This document shows positions 28,605 to 38,913 of a DNA stretch of 64,000 nucleotides, one piece after another. A program made the translations under genes and the position numbers. The notes below the pieces were generated by a model. It saw only the letters and a program-made list of their open reading frames with translations. It had not been told where the DNA came from and did no database searches. The stretch is from Lewinellaceae bacterium (GTDB lineage: Bacteria; Bacteroidota; Bacteroidia; Chitinophagales; Saprospiraceae), in contig JACJYB010000011.1 in assembly GCA_020636355.1 (NCBI GenBank), forward strand, positions 21,356-85,355, read 5' to 3'. Each line of letters begins with the position of its first letter. The first letter of the stretch is position 1.

Positions 28605-30788
28605 TTACAGATTATCTACGGGTACAACTTCCAGCATGAAATTGACGAACCCGAGATCAGCAAACGGAGACGAAGCACGAATCTCAACCGGGACGATTGT
28701 TCCCTCCTGAAGATTTACATTACCAGCAGTCTTATGATAACGTGCGGCTACCACATCATGCTGTATGGTGACTTCACTCGGGCCTTTCGAATTGTAAAAT
28801 TTAAACATCATCTGATTATTTCCCTGTTCGAGAGGTATTTCAACGAGATATGTCCTCTCAGGGGCCGGTGCAAATGACTCCAGTAGTTTTCTTCCCCCTA
28901 CCCAAAGAGCGACGCCATCATCCGCTGTAATGGTTGACATCATGATCTGATCGGTAGGAGAAAACATACTAAATCCAATGTATTGGGAGCCCACATCCGG
29001 TAAATGTAAATCGAAAGGTTTACCCTGTTCCCAATCCGGGTTTTCGACAAATGTCCGGGAACCATCATAACCCCAGGGCCTGGAATAAGCCAGATTGTAA
29101 AGCACACCATGGATCGTGCTGAATGAAGCATCTTCATAAATCGGCTCTGCCAATAAGAAGTTGCCAAAAGCAATCCCCGATGGAGCCGGAATCTCCTCCG
29201 GTTCTGATTTTTCCAAAGTGAGCGGAAAGGTATTTTCTCCAACCTTTAGGGTGAAATTCCGGCCAACTTCTTCATTGGTGTATGAGAGCCGGATAGCATA
29301 ATTACCGGACTTCGTACTTTGCAAAAACCATTGCAGACAATTATTTACTTCGGTGATGCTTTGGTATTTATCACCGACATAGGCCTTGAAAGATTTTGCA
29401 TTTTTCAAATCCATGGTATATGTCTCGGCTTTAGGTATCACGGTACGCAAAGGGTAAAAGTCCGCAGTTCCGCCTATTTCTACCACCATCACAGTCGTTC
29501 CCATGGAGTCAAATACCATCGGCGTGATGTCAAAAGTTACGTTTTTACCCTGCTTTGAGATGGGTAATTCGATGGAAGGATCGGCAAGAGGGTATGCCCG
29601 GGCAATCTGATTCTGCAGCCCGTACAAGCTTACTTTACCGTCTTGGGGATGCTCAAGGATGGTGACATAGAGTTTACTGCTTTCATTTGCAGCAGTCACA
29701 GCTCCCCAGGTCCGTACTCCGAAAGTAGTTGCCTTTGTATCAAAGATGGCCTGACCGTTGTAGCTGATCCATTGTCCCATCTCCTGCAAAACCTTTTCTT
29801 CAAAGGGTACAACTGACCCGTTTCCATCAGGCCCGATGTTCAGCAAATAAACGCCTCCACTTCCGGCGACACGTACCAGCGAATGCACTTTTTCCGCAGC
29901 TTTGGCCAGTGGATCACCCCGTTTCTGCCAGGAACGGTATCCCCAGGTCTCATCAAACATGGAAGCAGGAACCTGCCAGGGCGCATCGATAGAAACTTCA
30001 GGATACTGATTGTCGCCCATCACGTAAAAATCACCATCCTGATTCCAGACTCTGCTGCTGATCTGACAATCCGGTTGCAGCGACTTGACCAGATCCCGAT
30101 AATCATTACTTTGTTCTGGCGTTGGCGCACCCATATCAAACCATAATTGGTCGATAGGTCCATAGTTCGTGAGTAATTCACGCACCTGAGCCAGGTTATA
30201 AGCATGTAAATCCGGATTGATTGGATCGGAATTACTGTTTGAAATAGGACTTCCGGCCGGATGATGCCAATCGATCAGCGAATAATACAGTCCAAACTTA
30301 AGCCCGCCCCTGGCACAAGCATCGGCAAGCTCTTTAACAACATCCCTGCCGAAGGGTGTCCCATCTACCACATCAAAATCCGTTTCATTGGACGCAAAAA
30401 GGCAAAAACCATCGTGATGCTTGGCCGTAAATACGATGCTCTGCATTCCGGCTTGTTTGGCAATTTGCACGATATGGTCCGGATCCCATTTAGAAGGGTT
30501 AAACTGTTTCGCCAGTGCGGCGTACTCATCCTTCGGAATAGCAGCATGCGCCTGAATTTGTTCGCTATACCCTTTTTCAATTTGCTTCCCTTTCCATACG
30601 CCGCCAGGAATAGAATACAACCCCCAGTGGATAAACATGCTGAATTTTCTAGCTCCCCAGGTTGATTGGTCAAACTGTGGCATTGTTACCGCCTCCGTGG
30701 CTTCGGATGCCGAGGGTCGGTCCGGGGTGGAAGTACACTGGAACAAAAGAATCGTTGCGAAGCTTATCAAAAGCAGTTTTTTGGACAT
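28605..30788 (-). CDS. Alpha-L-fucosidase (GH29, subfamily A-like) with a C-terminal beta-sandwich extension
   Basis: The start at MSKKLLLISFATILLFQC gives a lipoprotein-type signal. It has FSMFIHWGLYSIPGG, KHHDGFCLF and YYSLIDW, all GH29 hallmarks. Confidence 0.85.
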   Translation of the reverse strand: MSKKLLLISFATILLFQCTSTPDRPSASEATEAVTMPQFDQSTWGARKFSMFIHWGLYSIPGGVWKGKQIEKGYSEQIQAHAAIPKDEYAALAKQFNPSKWDPDHIVQIAKQAGMQSIVFTAKHHDGFCLFASNETDFDVVDGTPFGRDVVKELADACARGGLKFGLYYSLIDWHHPAGSPISNSNSDPINPDLHAYNLAQVRELLTNYGPIDQLWFDMGAPTPEQSNDYRDLVKSLQPDCQISSRVWNQDGDFYVMGDNQYPEVSIDAPWQVPASMFDETWGYRSWQKRGDPLAKAAEKVHSLVRVAGSGGVYLLNIGPDGNGSVVPFEEKVLQEMGQWISYNGQAIFDTKATTFGVRTWGAVTAANESSKLYVTILEHPQDGKVSLYGLQNQIARAYPLADPSIELPISKQGKNVTFDITPMVFDSMGTTVMVVEIGGTADFYPLRTVIPKAETYTMDLKNAKSFKAYVGDKYQSITEVNNCLQWFLQSTKSGNYAIRLSYTNEEVGRNFTLKVGENTFPLTLEKSEPEEIPAPSGIAFGNFLLAEPIYEDASFSTIHGVLYNLAYSRPWGYDGSRTFVENPDWEQGKPFDLHLPDVGSQYIGFSMFSPTDQIMMSTITADDGVALWVGGRKLLESFAPAPERTYLVEIPLEQGNNQMMFKFYNSKGPSEVTIQHDVVAARYHKTAGNVNLQEGTIVPVEIRASSPFADLGFVNFMLEVVPVDNL

Positions 30789-30905
30789 ATCGAATGCATG
30801 TATTTGGTGGAACAAGGCCCAAAATTACATTTCTGCCGTTGATTGTGGGTAGTCTCCTTTTATATTACATCTTTATTAACAGGGCTGTACACGGGAACCC
30901 AATGC

Positions 30906-33146
30906 TTATTGGATGGTGATTTCATCGATAAAAATCCATGCCGGTGCTTCTTCGCTATCCTCTCCCTTGGGAATCGGGTGGTTTTTACCTACGACTTTGA
31001 TAAATCGGATATTATCCAGATGACGATCCAGGTTCAGGTCCAGTCCAACGGGCAAAGGCGAGGCGTCCCTGGATTCCGGTAGAATATGCCCGACTTTTCG
31101 CCAATTTTTTAAACTGGGGCTTACGTAGATGTCAACATAGTCAGGCGGATAGATATTCTGACCGATATCCTCCAGAAAATGCAGTGTAACCCCATCTATG
31201 CTGGTCATCGTGCCCAGATCGATAATTGCTTCCAGATCTGTCCCTTGAAATCCAAGCCACCTGTTGTTGTCAAACTGTGTTCCGCCCCGGATTCCATCCG
31301 TTAGAATCAGGCTGCCTCCGGCGGTAAACCGGATGTCCGGTGCATGCTCCAGCAATATCTTATACCGCGCTTTATTGTACAATTGAGATTTTACAAATCC
31401 TTTCGTGCCAGCGGGTGATACAGCGAAAGTCCGGATTTCTGTCGTTCCATACAATTCTATGGGCCCGGTATATCGGTCGGACTGAACGTCAGGCAGTGAG
31501 CCGTCCAGCGTATAATAAACCACCGCGTCCGGGTCATCCGTATGGAGGGTAATCCGCAAATTATCACTAAATGCCATACCCTTTGGTTCAAAATAGACCT
31601 GGGGCAGATCTTTGTATAATCCCCACGACGCAATACGGGGAGCCGGGCCACGGTATTCAGGAAAAATAAGTCTTACCCGGGTAGCTTTGACCGTAGGAAA
31701 ATGCATGATCCGTTTATACCCAACGGTAGTACCTTCAGCTATGGACTGCCAGGTCTCGTCCACAAAAGCTTCCAGAATAAATTTTTCAATGCGCTGGCCC
31801 TCTTGAATCGGTTCCTGCAGAGACATCATCCCGAATAAATGAGGTTGATCCCATTCAACAGAAATGGATGGTGATGCATCATCCTCTTCCGGCTCCCAAA
31901 AGGTATTCAGCGAACCATCTGACAAGTATCCAGTCTCCAGACGTTTTCTGCTGGTCGACGGTGTTATGATCCCTCCTGTAAGTTGATTCGTCCGGAAAAT
32001 TTCTTCCAATGACTGGTGAAAGTTTACTAATTGCAATGAGTCCACAGATGCGATCTTTCCTTCTTTATTTGGAGGTACGTTCAAGAGCAAAACCGCATTT
32101 CGCCCCACGGAGGTCAGATAAATTTCCAGCAGCTGCTCGGCTGATTTCACCAGGTTATCCTGATTAGCATGGTAAAACCACCCCGGACGTATGCTCACAT
32201 CCACCTCTGCCGGATACCAGGAAAGTTCGCGAGCTCCAATTAATTTTTCGCGACTTCCCAGGTCGTAATCCATTGGATTGATCTGAGGTCTGAAAATACC
32301 TTTGGAGGTGACCGGAGAATCGGTACTATCGGCTGCCTCATAGGCAATCGGGATTACACTCCATTCAGTCTCCCTGCCAAAACCGGTCTCGGTCCCGACC
32401 CAGCGGACATCTGGCCCCATAATGGCAATCACCGCCTCAGGCTGCAGGGAACGTACCGTACTAAAATATCGGCTCCAGTCATATTCCTGCTTGACGCCAT
32501 TTGGCCCCTCTCCATTAGCGCCATCGAACCACACTTCATCAATCGGACCATAGTTGGTCAGGAGTTCTGTCAATTGTTGTACGAAGTAATCATTATATGC
32601 TTCACTGCCATAGGTTTGTTCATGGCGGTCCCAGGGTGACAGGTATACGCCCACCTTCATGCTGAATTCATGGCAGGCATCAACAAACTCGCGCATAACA
32701 TCACCATTCCCGCCTTCCCAGGGAGAACGCTTTACGGAATAATCAGTGAATTGGGAAGGCCACAGACAGAATCCGTCGTGGTGTTTGGCGGTTAGCATGG
32801 CCAATTTAAAACCGGAATCCTTAAGTGTTTTAATCCATTGGCGGGGATCCAGCTTCGTCGGATTAAAAAGCTCAGGAAGGTCGGATCCGTCGCCCCATTC
32901 CTGATCGGTGAAGGTGTTGATGCCGAAATGGAGAAAAGCAGTCATCTCCAGTTTCTGCCAACTTAGCTGGCGCGGGGCAGGATGCACTTCCAAAGCCAAA
33001 TCAATGAGCTGCTCTTCGGTTGCTCCGGGAGGAACTGAAATCCGCTGCCGGTCTTCCTCGTCACCTCTAAAACAACCTGCCAAGGCCAGGAAAACACCCA
33101 ACCCAAGCAAACTTTGCTTTAGAATCCTATGTTTTTTGTACCCCAT
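30906..33146 (-). CDS. Alpha-L-fucosidase (GH29, subfamily B-like) with a C-terminal CHB_HEX_C-like plus discoidin-like module
   Basis: 746 aa with a lipoprotein signal (LGVFLALAGC). It has FLHFGINTFTDQEWGDG, KHHDGFCLWPS and YLSPWDR. The C-terminus carries YYTLDGSLP... plus a jelly-roll-like domain. Confidence 0.85.
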   Translation of the reverse strand: MGYKKHRILKQSLLGLGVFLALAGCFRGDEEDRQRISVPPGATEEQLIDLALEVHPAPRQLSWQKLEMTAFLHFGINTFTDQEWGDGSDLPELFNPTKLDPRQWIKTLKDSGFKLAMLTAKHHDGFCLWPSQFTDYSVKRSPWEGGNGDVMREFVDACHEFSMKVGVYLSPWDRHEQTYGSEAYNDYFVQQLTELLTNYGPIDEVWFDGANGEGPNGVKQEYDWSRYFSTVRSLQPEAVIAIMGPDVRWVGTETGFGRETEWSVIPIAYEAADSTDSPVTSKGIFRPQINPMDYDLGSREKLIGARELSWYPAEVDVSIRPGWFYHANQDNLVKSAEQLLEIYLTSVGRNAVLLLNVPPNKEGKIASVDSLQLVNFHQSLEEIFRTNQLTGGIITPSTSRKRLETGYLSDGSLNTFWEPEEDDASPSISVEWDQPHLFGMMSLQEPIQEGQRIEKFILEAFVDETWQSIAEGTTVGYKRIMHFPTVKATRVRLIFPEYRGPAPRIASWGLYKDLPQVYFEPKGMAFSDNLRITLHTDDPDAVVYYTLDGSLPDVQSDRYTGPIELYGTTEIRTFAVSPAGTKGFVKSQLYNKARYKILLEHAPDIRFTAGGSLILTDGIRGGTQFDNNRWLGFQGTDLEAIIDLGTMTSIDGVTLHFLEDIGQNIYPPDYVDIYVSPSLKNWRKVGHILPESRDASPLPVGLDLNLDRHLDNIRFIKVVGKNHPIPKGEDSEEAPAWIFIDEITIQ

Positions 33147-33601
33147 AATCAGACAAGATATTGTTTTTCTAAGGCTCCATCTTGCATGGAACGGTAGGTT
33201 TTACCATCATCTGATGTACACCCTGCATTCCGGCCATCCACTTCTGGTAATATTCTCATCGTTATACCCAATGATGCCTTCCCAAATCTCTACTTCCGGA
33301 TACCTGAACGAGCCGGAACAAATTTCAGACCGCAGATTTTATTTCTTGCGAGGAAGTTATCAAAAATCCGGACAAACCGGGCTCAATGATAGACTTCCTT
33401 CAATCAAATTCCTACCATTTTCAAGAATTTATTTATACGCAGGCTATTTATATAAAAAATTGAATACTAAACTATTAAATATATATACAAGTTTAAATAT
33501 ACAATCCAGGTAATTTCTTTTCACCATCATGTTTAAACTTATTGTGTCTGCATAAGTCCAACCAGGGACATTGGATTTACGTGTATGATAAAAACCAGTC
33601 C

Positions 33602-35251
33602 ATGCATCGTCGAGCATTTCTACACAGAACAATAAACAGAGCTGAATTTATGCCTCCCCCACCCCGTCAGGACCTGAGTGCTTATGAAGGAGCATGGACC
33701 GAGCAGGAAGCCGGTCATCTATTGCGCCGGACCTTATTCGGTGCATCTCCGGACCAAATCATCGAATCAGTCAGCCTGGGATTGGAAGAAACTTTGAATC
33801 GACTATTAACGGATTTACCCATGCCAGACCCTCCGGTTAATTTCGGTAATGAAAATGATACATATACGCCTATAGGTACGACCTGGGTAGACAAACCTTA
33901 TGGCCCGCAGGAAACAAATAACGAGGAGGTCCGATTCCGGCGACAATCGCTCATTTCCTGGACCATGCAACTCGCATTGGAACCCAATGGCAATATCCGG
34001 GAAAAAATGTGGCTCTTCTGGCACAATCACTTCGTTGTCAGTGATATCAACGACCCGAAATACAATTACAACTACGCCCAGCTATTGCGCAAACATGCCA
34101 CCGGCAACTTTCGTGAACTGACCAAAGAGATTACCATAGACCCGGCCATGTTACGTTTCTTGAATGGCAACGACAACACAGTAGAAGCACCCAATGAAAA
34201 CTATGCCCGGGAACTTTTGGAGTTATTCACGATCGGAAAAGGTCCCCAGGTGGGTCCCGGTGATTATACCAATTATACCGAAGATGATGTAGTAGCAATA
34301 GCAAAAGTGCTCACCGGATGGCAAGATCTGGGTTTTTTTGCTCAGCGGGATCTCCCGGTGGAATCCGTGTTCCGACCAAACCGCCATGATAAAAGCACCA
34401 AACAATTAAGCCAGCGGTTTGATTCGGTAACCATCGCAAACGGAGGGTCTGACGAATACAAAACCCTGATTGACCTCATATTTTCAAAAAAGGAAACCGC
34501 CCGCTTTTTGTGCAGGAATCTGTACCAGTTCTTTGTTTACTACCAGATCGATGATTTTGTCGAAGAAACCATTATATCGCCCTTAGCCGATATTCTGATT
34601 GAAAACAACTTTGAAGTCAAACCCGTGTTGCGGCGGTTATTGGGTAGCAGTCACTTTTACGACACAGAGCTTTATGGCGCGATGATCAAGAATCCCATGG
34701 ATTTTGTGGGAAGCACCGTTCGTAATTTTTCTACAACCAGTCCGGAAGGCTTAGCCCCCACTTACATATTCCACTTATTGCTTAGCCGGGCGGTCGATGG
34801 AATGGATATGCGCCTGTTTAACGCTCCTGATGTCGCAGGTTGGAAAGCTTATTACCAAGAGCCGAGTTTCTACCAAATCTGGATCAACTCTACAACGCTT
34901 CGTAACCGCCAAGACTGGATCAATATTGTGACAGGCAGAAAAGGTGGCAATAATCTGGAACCCATTATTATTGACCCTTTTCCTTTGCTGGAACGATGCA
35001 GCGAACCTTCAGATATATATACCCTGCTGAACGAATGGATCTCGTGGCTGCTTCCTCAGCCTATTACCGATGGACAATTCGAGACCTTGAAGAATACCCT
35101 TATCCCCGGCCTGCCCGACTACGAATGGAAACTGGAATATGGCGAATACCTATCCAATCCAACGGATGCCGAAATCAAGGAAGCTCTGAGACGAAAATTA
35201 CTTGATCTGCTTTATACCCTATTAAGCATGCCGGAGTATTATCTGGCTTAA
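33602..35251 (+). CDS. DUF1800-family protein (function unknown)
   Basis: About 549 aa from ATG 33602 (MHRRAFLHRT...). My family assignment rests on overall sequence character (...HLLRRTLFGAS...WLFWHNHF..S......LLRKHATGNFRELT....DPAML.FL.....N....PNENYARELLELFT.G...) and on the invariant pairing with DUF1501. Confidence 0.65.
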   Translation: MHRRAFLHRTINRAEFMPPPPRQDLSAYEGAWTEQEAGHLLRRTLFGASPDQIIESVSLGLEETLNRLLTDLPMPDPPVNFGNENDTYTPIGTTWVDKPYGPQETNNEEVRFRRQSLISWTMQLALEPNGNIREKMWLFWHNHFVVSDINDPKYNYNYAQLLRKHATGNFRELTKEITIDPAMLRFLNGNDNTVEAPNENYARELLELFTIGKGPQVGPGDYTNYTEDDVVAIAKVLTGWQDLGFFAQRDLPVESVFRPNRHDKSTKQLSQRFDSVTIANGGSDEYKTLIDLIFSKKETARFLCRNLYQFFVYYQIDDFVEETIISPLADILIENNFEVKPVLRRLLGSSHFYDTELYGAMIKNPMDFVGSTVRNFSTTSPEGLAPTYIFHLLLSRAVDGMDMRLFNAPDVAGWKAYYQEPSFYQIWINSTTLRNRQDWINIVTGRKGGNNLEPIIIDPFPLLERCSEPSDIYTLLNEWISWLLPQPITDGQFETLKNTLIPGLPDYEWKLEYGEYLSNPTDAEIKEALRRKLLDLLYTLLSMPEYYLA

Positions 35252-35263
35252 AAAATTCTCCGG

Positions 35264-36808
35264 ATGAAACGTCGAACTTTTCTACGCAATACTTCACTGG
35301 CCTCACTTCCCATCGCTCTACCCGGTCTGAATCAAACCTACCGGAAATTGCTCCGGTACCTCACCGACCATACCGACAAAATCCTGGTCCTGATACAATG
35401 TTCCGGTGGATATGACGGGTTGAATATGGTCCTGCCCCTGGATCAATACGATGGCTTATCCAAGGCGAGGGCCAATTTGATCATCCCCGAGAATAAAGGC
35501 CTCAAGCTTACCGATGAAGTAGCTCTTCATCCGGCACTGGCTCCTTTGGCCGAACTTTTTAAGGAAGGTCAATTGCAGATCATTCAGGGGGTAGGCTATC
35601 CGGAGCAAAACAGATCACATTTCCGGTCGACGGATATCTGGACATCAGGGTCCGCTTCGGACCAATATCTGAATACCGGGTGGCTGGGAAGGTATCTGGA
35701 TGACCTCTATCCGGGTTATCCCGAGGGTTATCCCAACCCGGAAGATCCGGATCCATTTGCCATCACCATGCAGGGCACGATCAGCGAAACGTGTCAGGGA
35801 ATCGGTGGAAATTTTTCGATGAGTGTAAACGATCCCTTCTCGTTAGCACCACTGACGATCAGTACGGCCGGCGAGGCTCCGGACACCTACTACGGCGATG
35901 AACTCGCCTTTCTTAGGGATGCGATTCTCAAAACCAATCAATATTCGGACGTCATTGAGGCAGCAGCAGAAAAGGGTAAAAACCTGGTGGAATATCCGGA
36001 CAACAACAACCTGGCAAATCAGCTGCGAAATGTGGCGCTCCTGATCGCCGGAGGGCTGCAAACGCGGATTTATGTGGTTTCGATGGGAGGATTTGACACC
36101 CATGCGAACCAGATTGCGGAAGGAGATTCAACGCAAGGTGCACACGCTTCACTCCTGGAAGAATTATCATCAGCCGTAGCTGCCTTCCAGGCGGACCTGA
36201 ACGCGCTAGGGAAACAGGAAAAGGTTCTGGGAATGACATTCACTGAGTTTGGCCGGCGGATCCGATCCAATTACAGTCTGGGCACCGATCATGGCTCTGC
36301 TGCCCCATTATTCATATTTGGCTCCTGTGTCGAAGCGGGAATTCTTGGGCACAATCCGGAGATACCGGATGAAGTCGACCCGCTGGAAGGTGTTGCCATG
36401 CAACATGACTTTCGCAATATCTATGGGTCCATTTTTGAACACTGGTTTGAAGTTCCCAAGGAAAAAGTGAACCTGTTGCTTTATCCGGAATATCAAAGCC
36501 TGCCCCTACTAAAAAACTGCAATGCAGCCACCAGCAGTAACCCAGTCTATTCAACCTTTCCAACTGCACGCATTGTTCCAAATCCGGTAAGACAGTCTGG
36601 TCAGTTGGTATGGGACCATCCCGGTGGCGCCATAAAGGTCCAGCTCATGAACGTTCTGGGTTCGGTAATATCCACTGTTTACCAGGGGAATCCTGCTCCA
36701 GGGCCGCAATCGATTAATTTGGAAACACACCGCATGAGTCCCGGCACGTATTACCTGTATTTGGTATCACCACAGGGACAAAGGACGCTCCGATTGGTTA
36801 AACTCTGA
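35264..36808 (+). CDS. DUF1501-family protein (sulfatase/alkaline-phosphatase-like fold) with a twin-arginine leader and a T9SS type A C-terminal sorting domain
   Basis: 514 aa. The N-terminus is MKRRTFLRNTSLASLPIALPG (RRxFL). The core has ...GGYDGLN...GGFDTHANQ...FTEFGRR...N...GTDHG.A.P, DUF1501 hallmarks. The last 80 aa (36566-36805), ARIVPNPV...GTYYLYLVSPQGQRTLRLVKL, look like a Por-secretion tail. Confidence 0.75.
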   Translation: MKRRTFLRNTSLASLPIALPGLNQTYRKLLRYLTDHTDKILVLIQCSGGYDGLNMVLPLDQYDGLSKARANLIIPENKGLKLTDEVALHPALAPLAELFKEGQLQIIQGVGYPEQNRSHFRSTDIWTSGSASDQYLNTGWLGRYLDDLYPGYPEGYPNPEDPDPFAITMQGTISETCQGIGGNFSMSVNDPFSLAPLTISTAGEAPDTYYGDELAFLRDAILKTNQYSDVIEAAAEKGKNLVEYPDNNNLANQLRNVALLIAGGLQTRIYVVSMGGFDTHANQIAEGDSTQGAHASLLEELSSAVAAFQADLNALGKQEKVLGMTFTEFGRRIRSNYSLGTDHGSAAPLFIFGSCVEAGILGHNPEIPDEVDPLEGVAMQHDFRNIYGSIFEHWFEVPKEKVNLLLYPEYQSLPLLKNCNAATSSNPVYSTFPTARIVPNPVRQSGQLVWDHPGGAIKVQLMNVLGSVISTVYQGNPAPGPQSINLETHRMSPGTYYLYLVSPQGQRTLRLVKL

Positions 36809-38599
36809 TTACAATTTACGAATCCGGTTCCAGAGGATCAGCAATCCTGTAATTGAAAGCCCCGCGATAATGGTTCCGATGATGGCCGGAACAACTCTTC
36901 CATAGATCCAGAATCCGGCAGCGAAAAGAGAACCGTAAACCGCAAAGCAACCAATAAATATACAAGCGATTTGCAAGGGTAGTTTCCCGAGTTGAATCTG
37001 ATCTTTTTGCAAAGCTCCTTCCTGAACAGCACTATTGACCACTGGCTGCCATCCGGTAGCATCTGGTTGGGTTACCCGGTAAAAATTGACCAGTGTCTTA
37101 TGGTCGGTTGGCCGGGTCAGGAAAGTGACTAACAACCATCCAACGGTAGTTATTCCGACCGCGATAATCAGCTTCCAGTGGGTGGATACCGGATCAAAAC
37201 CCAATTTGGTGTGGAGTAATTCAAAATAAAGCGCTACGGCAAATGAAATCACCATTGCGGCTAACTCGCTGTATGCATTGATCCTCCACCAGAACCACCG
37301 CAAAATAAAGATCAGCCCGGTTCCGGCACCAATTTGCAGTAAAATGGAAAAGCCCTGCAAGGCGTCTGTTAATAATAAGGCAAAAACCGCAGCGAAAATC
37401 ATCAATGCGACTGTGGAAATCCGACCGGCAGAAACCAGTTGTTTTTCAGAAGCATTAGGGTTGACAAACCGGCGATAAAAATCATTAACCAGATAACTGG
37501 ATCCCCAGTTTAATTGGGTGGACAATGTAGACATGAATGCCGCGATCAGGGAGGCTACCACCAATCCCAGCAGTCCATGGGGTAAGAAAGTAAGCATGGC
37601 CGGATAACCCAAATCATGACCGATCTTATCCGCCGGGATCTGCGGAAAGGCGGCCTGGATGTTTTCCAGTTGTGGAAATACGACCAACGATGCCAATGCG
37701 ATCAGAATCCATGGCCAAGGACGCAGGGCATAATGGGCTGCATTAAAAAGCATGGTAGCACCCACGGCGTGATTTTCATCTTTTGCCGCAAGCATTCGTT
37801 GGGCAATGTAACCGCCGCCGCCTGGCTCTGCACCCGGATACCATACACTCCACCATTGTATCGCAAGAGGTAATATCAATAGGGACCAGAGCTGATCGGT
37901 GTCTGAAAGATCTGGCAATATATTCAGCTTTGCCTGGACTTCAGGATGCGATAATAACTGTTTGACACCCCCAACTTCCGGCAAACGCATGATAACAATA
38001 GCTGCAATAATTGACCCGGCCATGGCTATACCAAATTGGAAAAAATCTGTGATGATAACACCCCGCAAGCCACCCATAGCACTGTAGATTACCGTGATAA
38101 CTGAGGCATACAGCAGGGTTTCCCAGGGTTTTAATCCCAACATGATACTTCCCATTTTAATCGCAGCAAGGGACACGGTTGCCAGAATCATGACATTGAA
38201 GAAGAATCCCAGGTAGATCGCCCGGAATCCCCGCAGAAAAGCAGCCATCTTCCCGGAATAGCGAAGCTCATAAAATTCAAGGTCTGTCAAGACGCCGGAC
38301 CTCCGCCATAACTTGGCATAAACGAACACCGTCATCATTCCCGTAATGAGGAAAGCCCACCAGACCCAGTTGCCGGCGACACCATCCTGCCGGACAATAC
38401 TAGTCACCAGATTGGGCGTATCCGCAGAAAAGGTTGTGGCCACCATGGAAACGCCAAGCAGCCACCAGGGCATGCTTCGTCCGGATAGAAAAAATTCGGA
38501 AGTGTTTTTTCCTGATTGCTTTGCGACGACCAAACCTATTACCAGTGACACGATAAAAAAGGCAATGATAAAAATCCAGTCTGCTCCATTTAATGCCAT
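36809..38599 (-). CDS. Sodium:solute symporter (SSS/SLC5 family)
   Basis: About 596 aa from MALNGADWIFIIAFF. It is a polytopic membrane protein with SSS-like motifs (FFLSGRSMPWW, GGLRGVIITDFFQF). Its stop codon directly abuts the DUF1501 stop. Confidence 0.85.
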   Translation of the reverse strand: MALNGADWIFIIAFFIVSLVIGLVVAKQSGKNTSEFFLSGRSMPWWLLGVSMVATTFSADTPNLVTSIVRQDGVAGNWVWWAFLITGMMTVFVYAKLWRRSGVLTDLEFYELRYSGKMAAFLRGFRAIYLGFFFNVMILATVSLAAIKMGSIMLGLKPWETLLYASVITVIYSAMGGLRGVIITDFFQFGIAMAGSIIAAIVIMRLPEVGGVKQLLSHPEVQAKLNILPDLSDTDQLWSLLILPLAIQWWSVWYPGAEPGGGGYIAQRMLAAKDENHAVGATMLFNAAHYALRPWPWILIALASLVVFPQLENIQAAFPQIPADKIGHDLGYPAMLTFLPHGLLGLVVASLIAAFMSTLSTQLNWGSSYLVNDFYRRFVNPNASEKQLVSAGRISTVALMIFAAVFALLLTDALQGFSILLQIGAGTGLIFILRWFWWRINAYSELAAMVISFAVALYFELLHTKLGFDPVSTHWKLIIAVGITTVGWLLVTFLTRPTDHKTLVNFYRVTQPDATGWQPVVNSAVQEGALQKDQIQLGKLPLQIACIFIGCFAVYGSLFAAGFWIYGRVVPAIIGTIIAGLSITGLLILWNRIRKL

Positions 38600-38913
38600 A
38601 TTCCTTATGCTTTTACCAGACGCAGCAATCACCTTCTAAGCGTGCGATGATTGGAGTGCCTGAGGATGATTACAATTCCACTGTGCGGGCACACAATAAG
38701 TCATTCCGTTGGTAAAATAACAATATTCTTTTCCCGCACCTAGTCCTCCGAATGAAAATCCCAGAACCATCACTGGATCCGGTAAACTGGTTCTGATCGA
38801 GCAAGCCAGCACAGTTCGGCTTTACTCCGGCTAAAGCCAAATAAATCAATAAATGTCGCCTCCCTTTGCCATTTTTAGGTTAAACTTGCGCCTTTGTACA
38901 TAATTCTAGTTGT

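Noticed and set aside
32908-33513. 201-aa plus-strand ORF.
   Set aside because: Its first half is antisense to the N-terminus of the GH29-B gene, and its second half runs through AT-rich promoter DNA. It has no recognisable domain.
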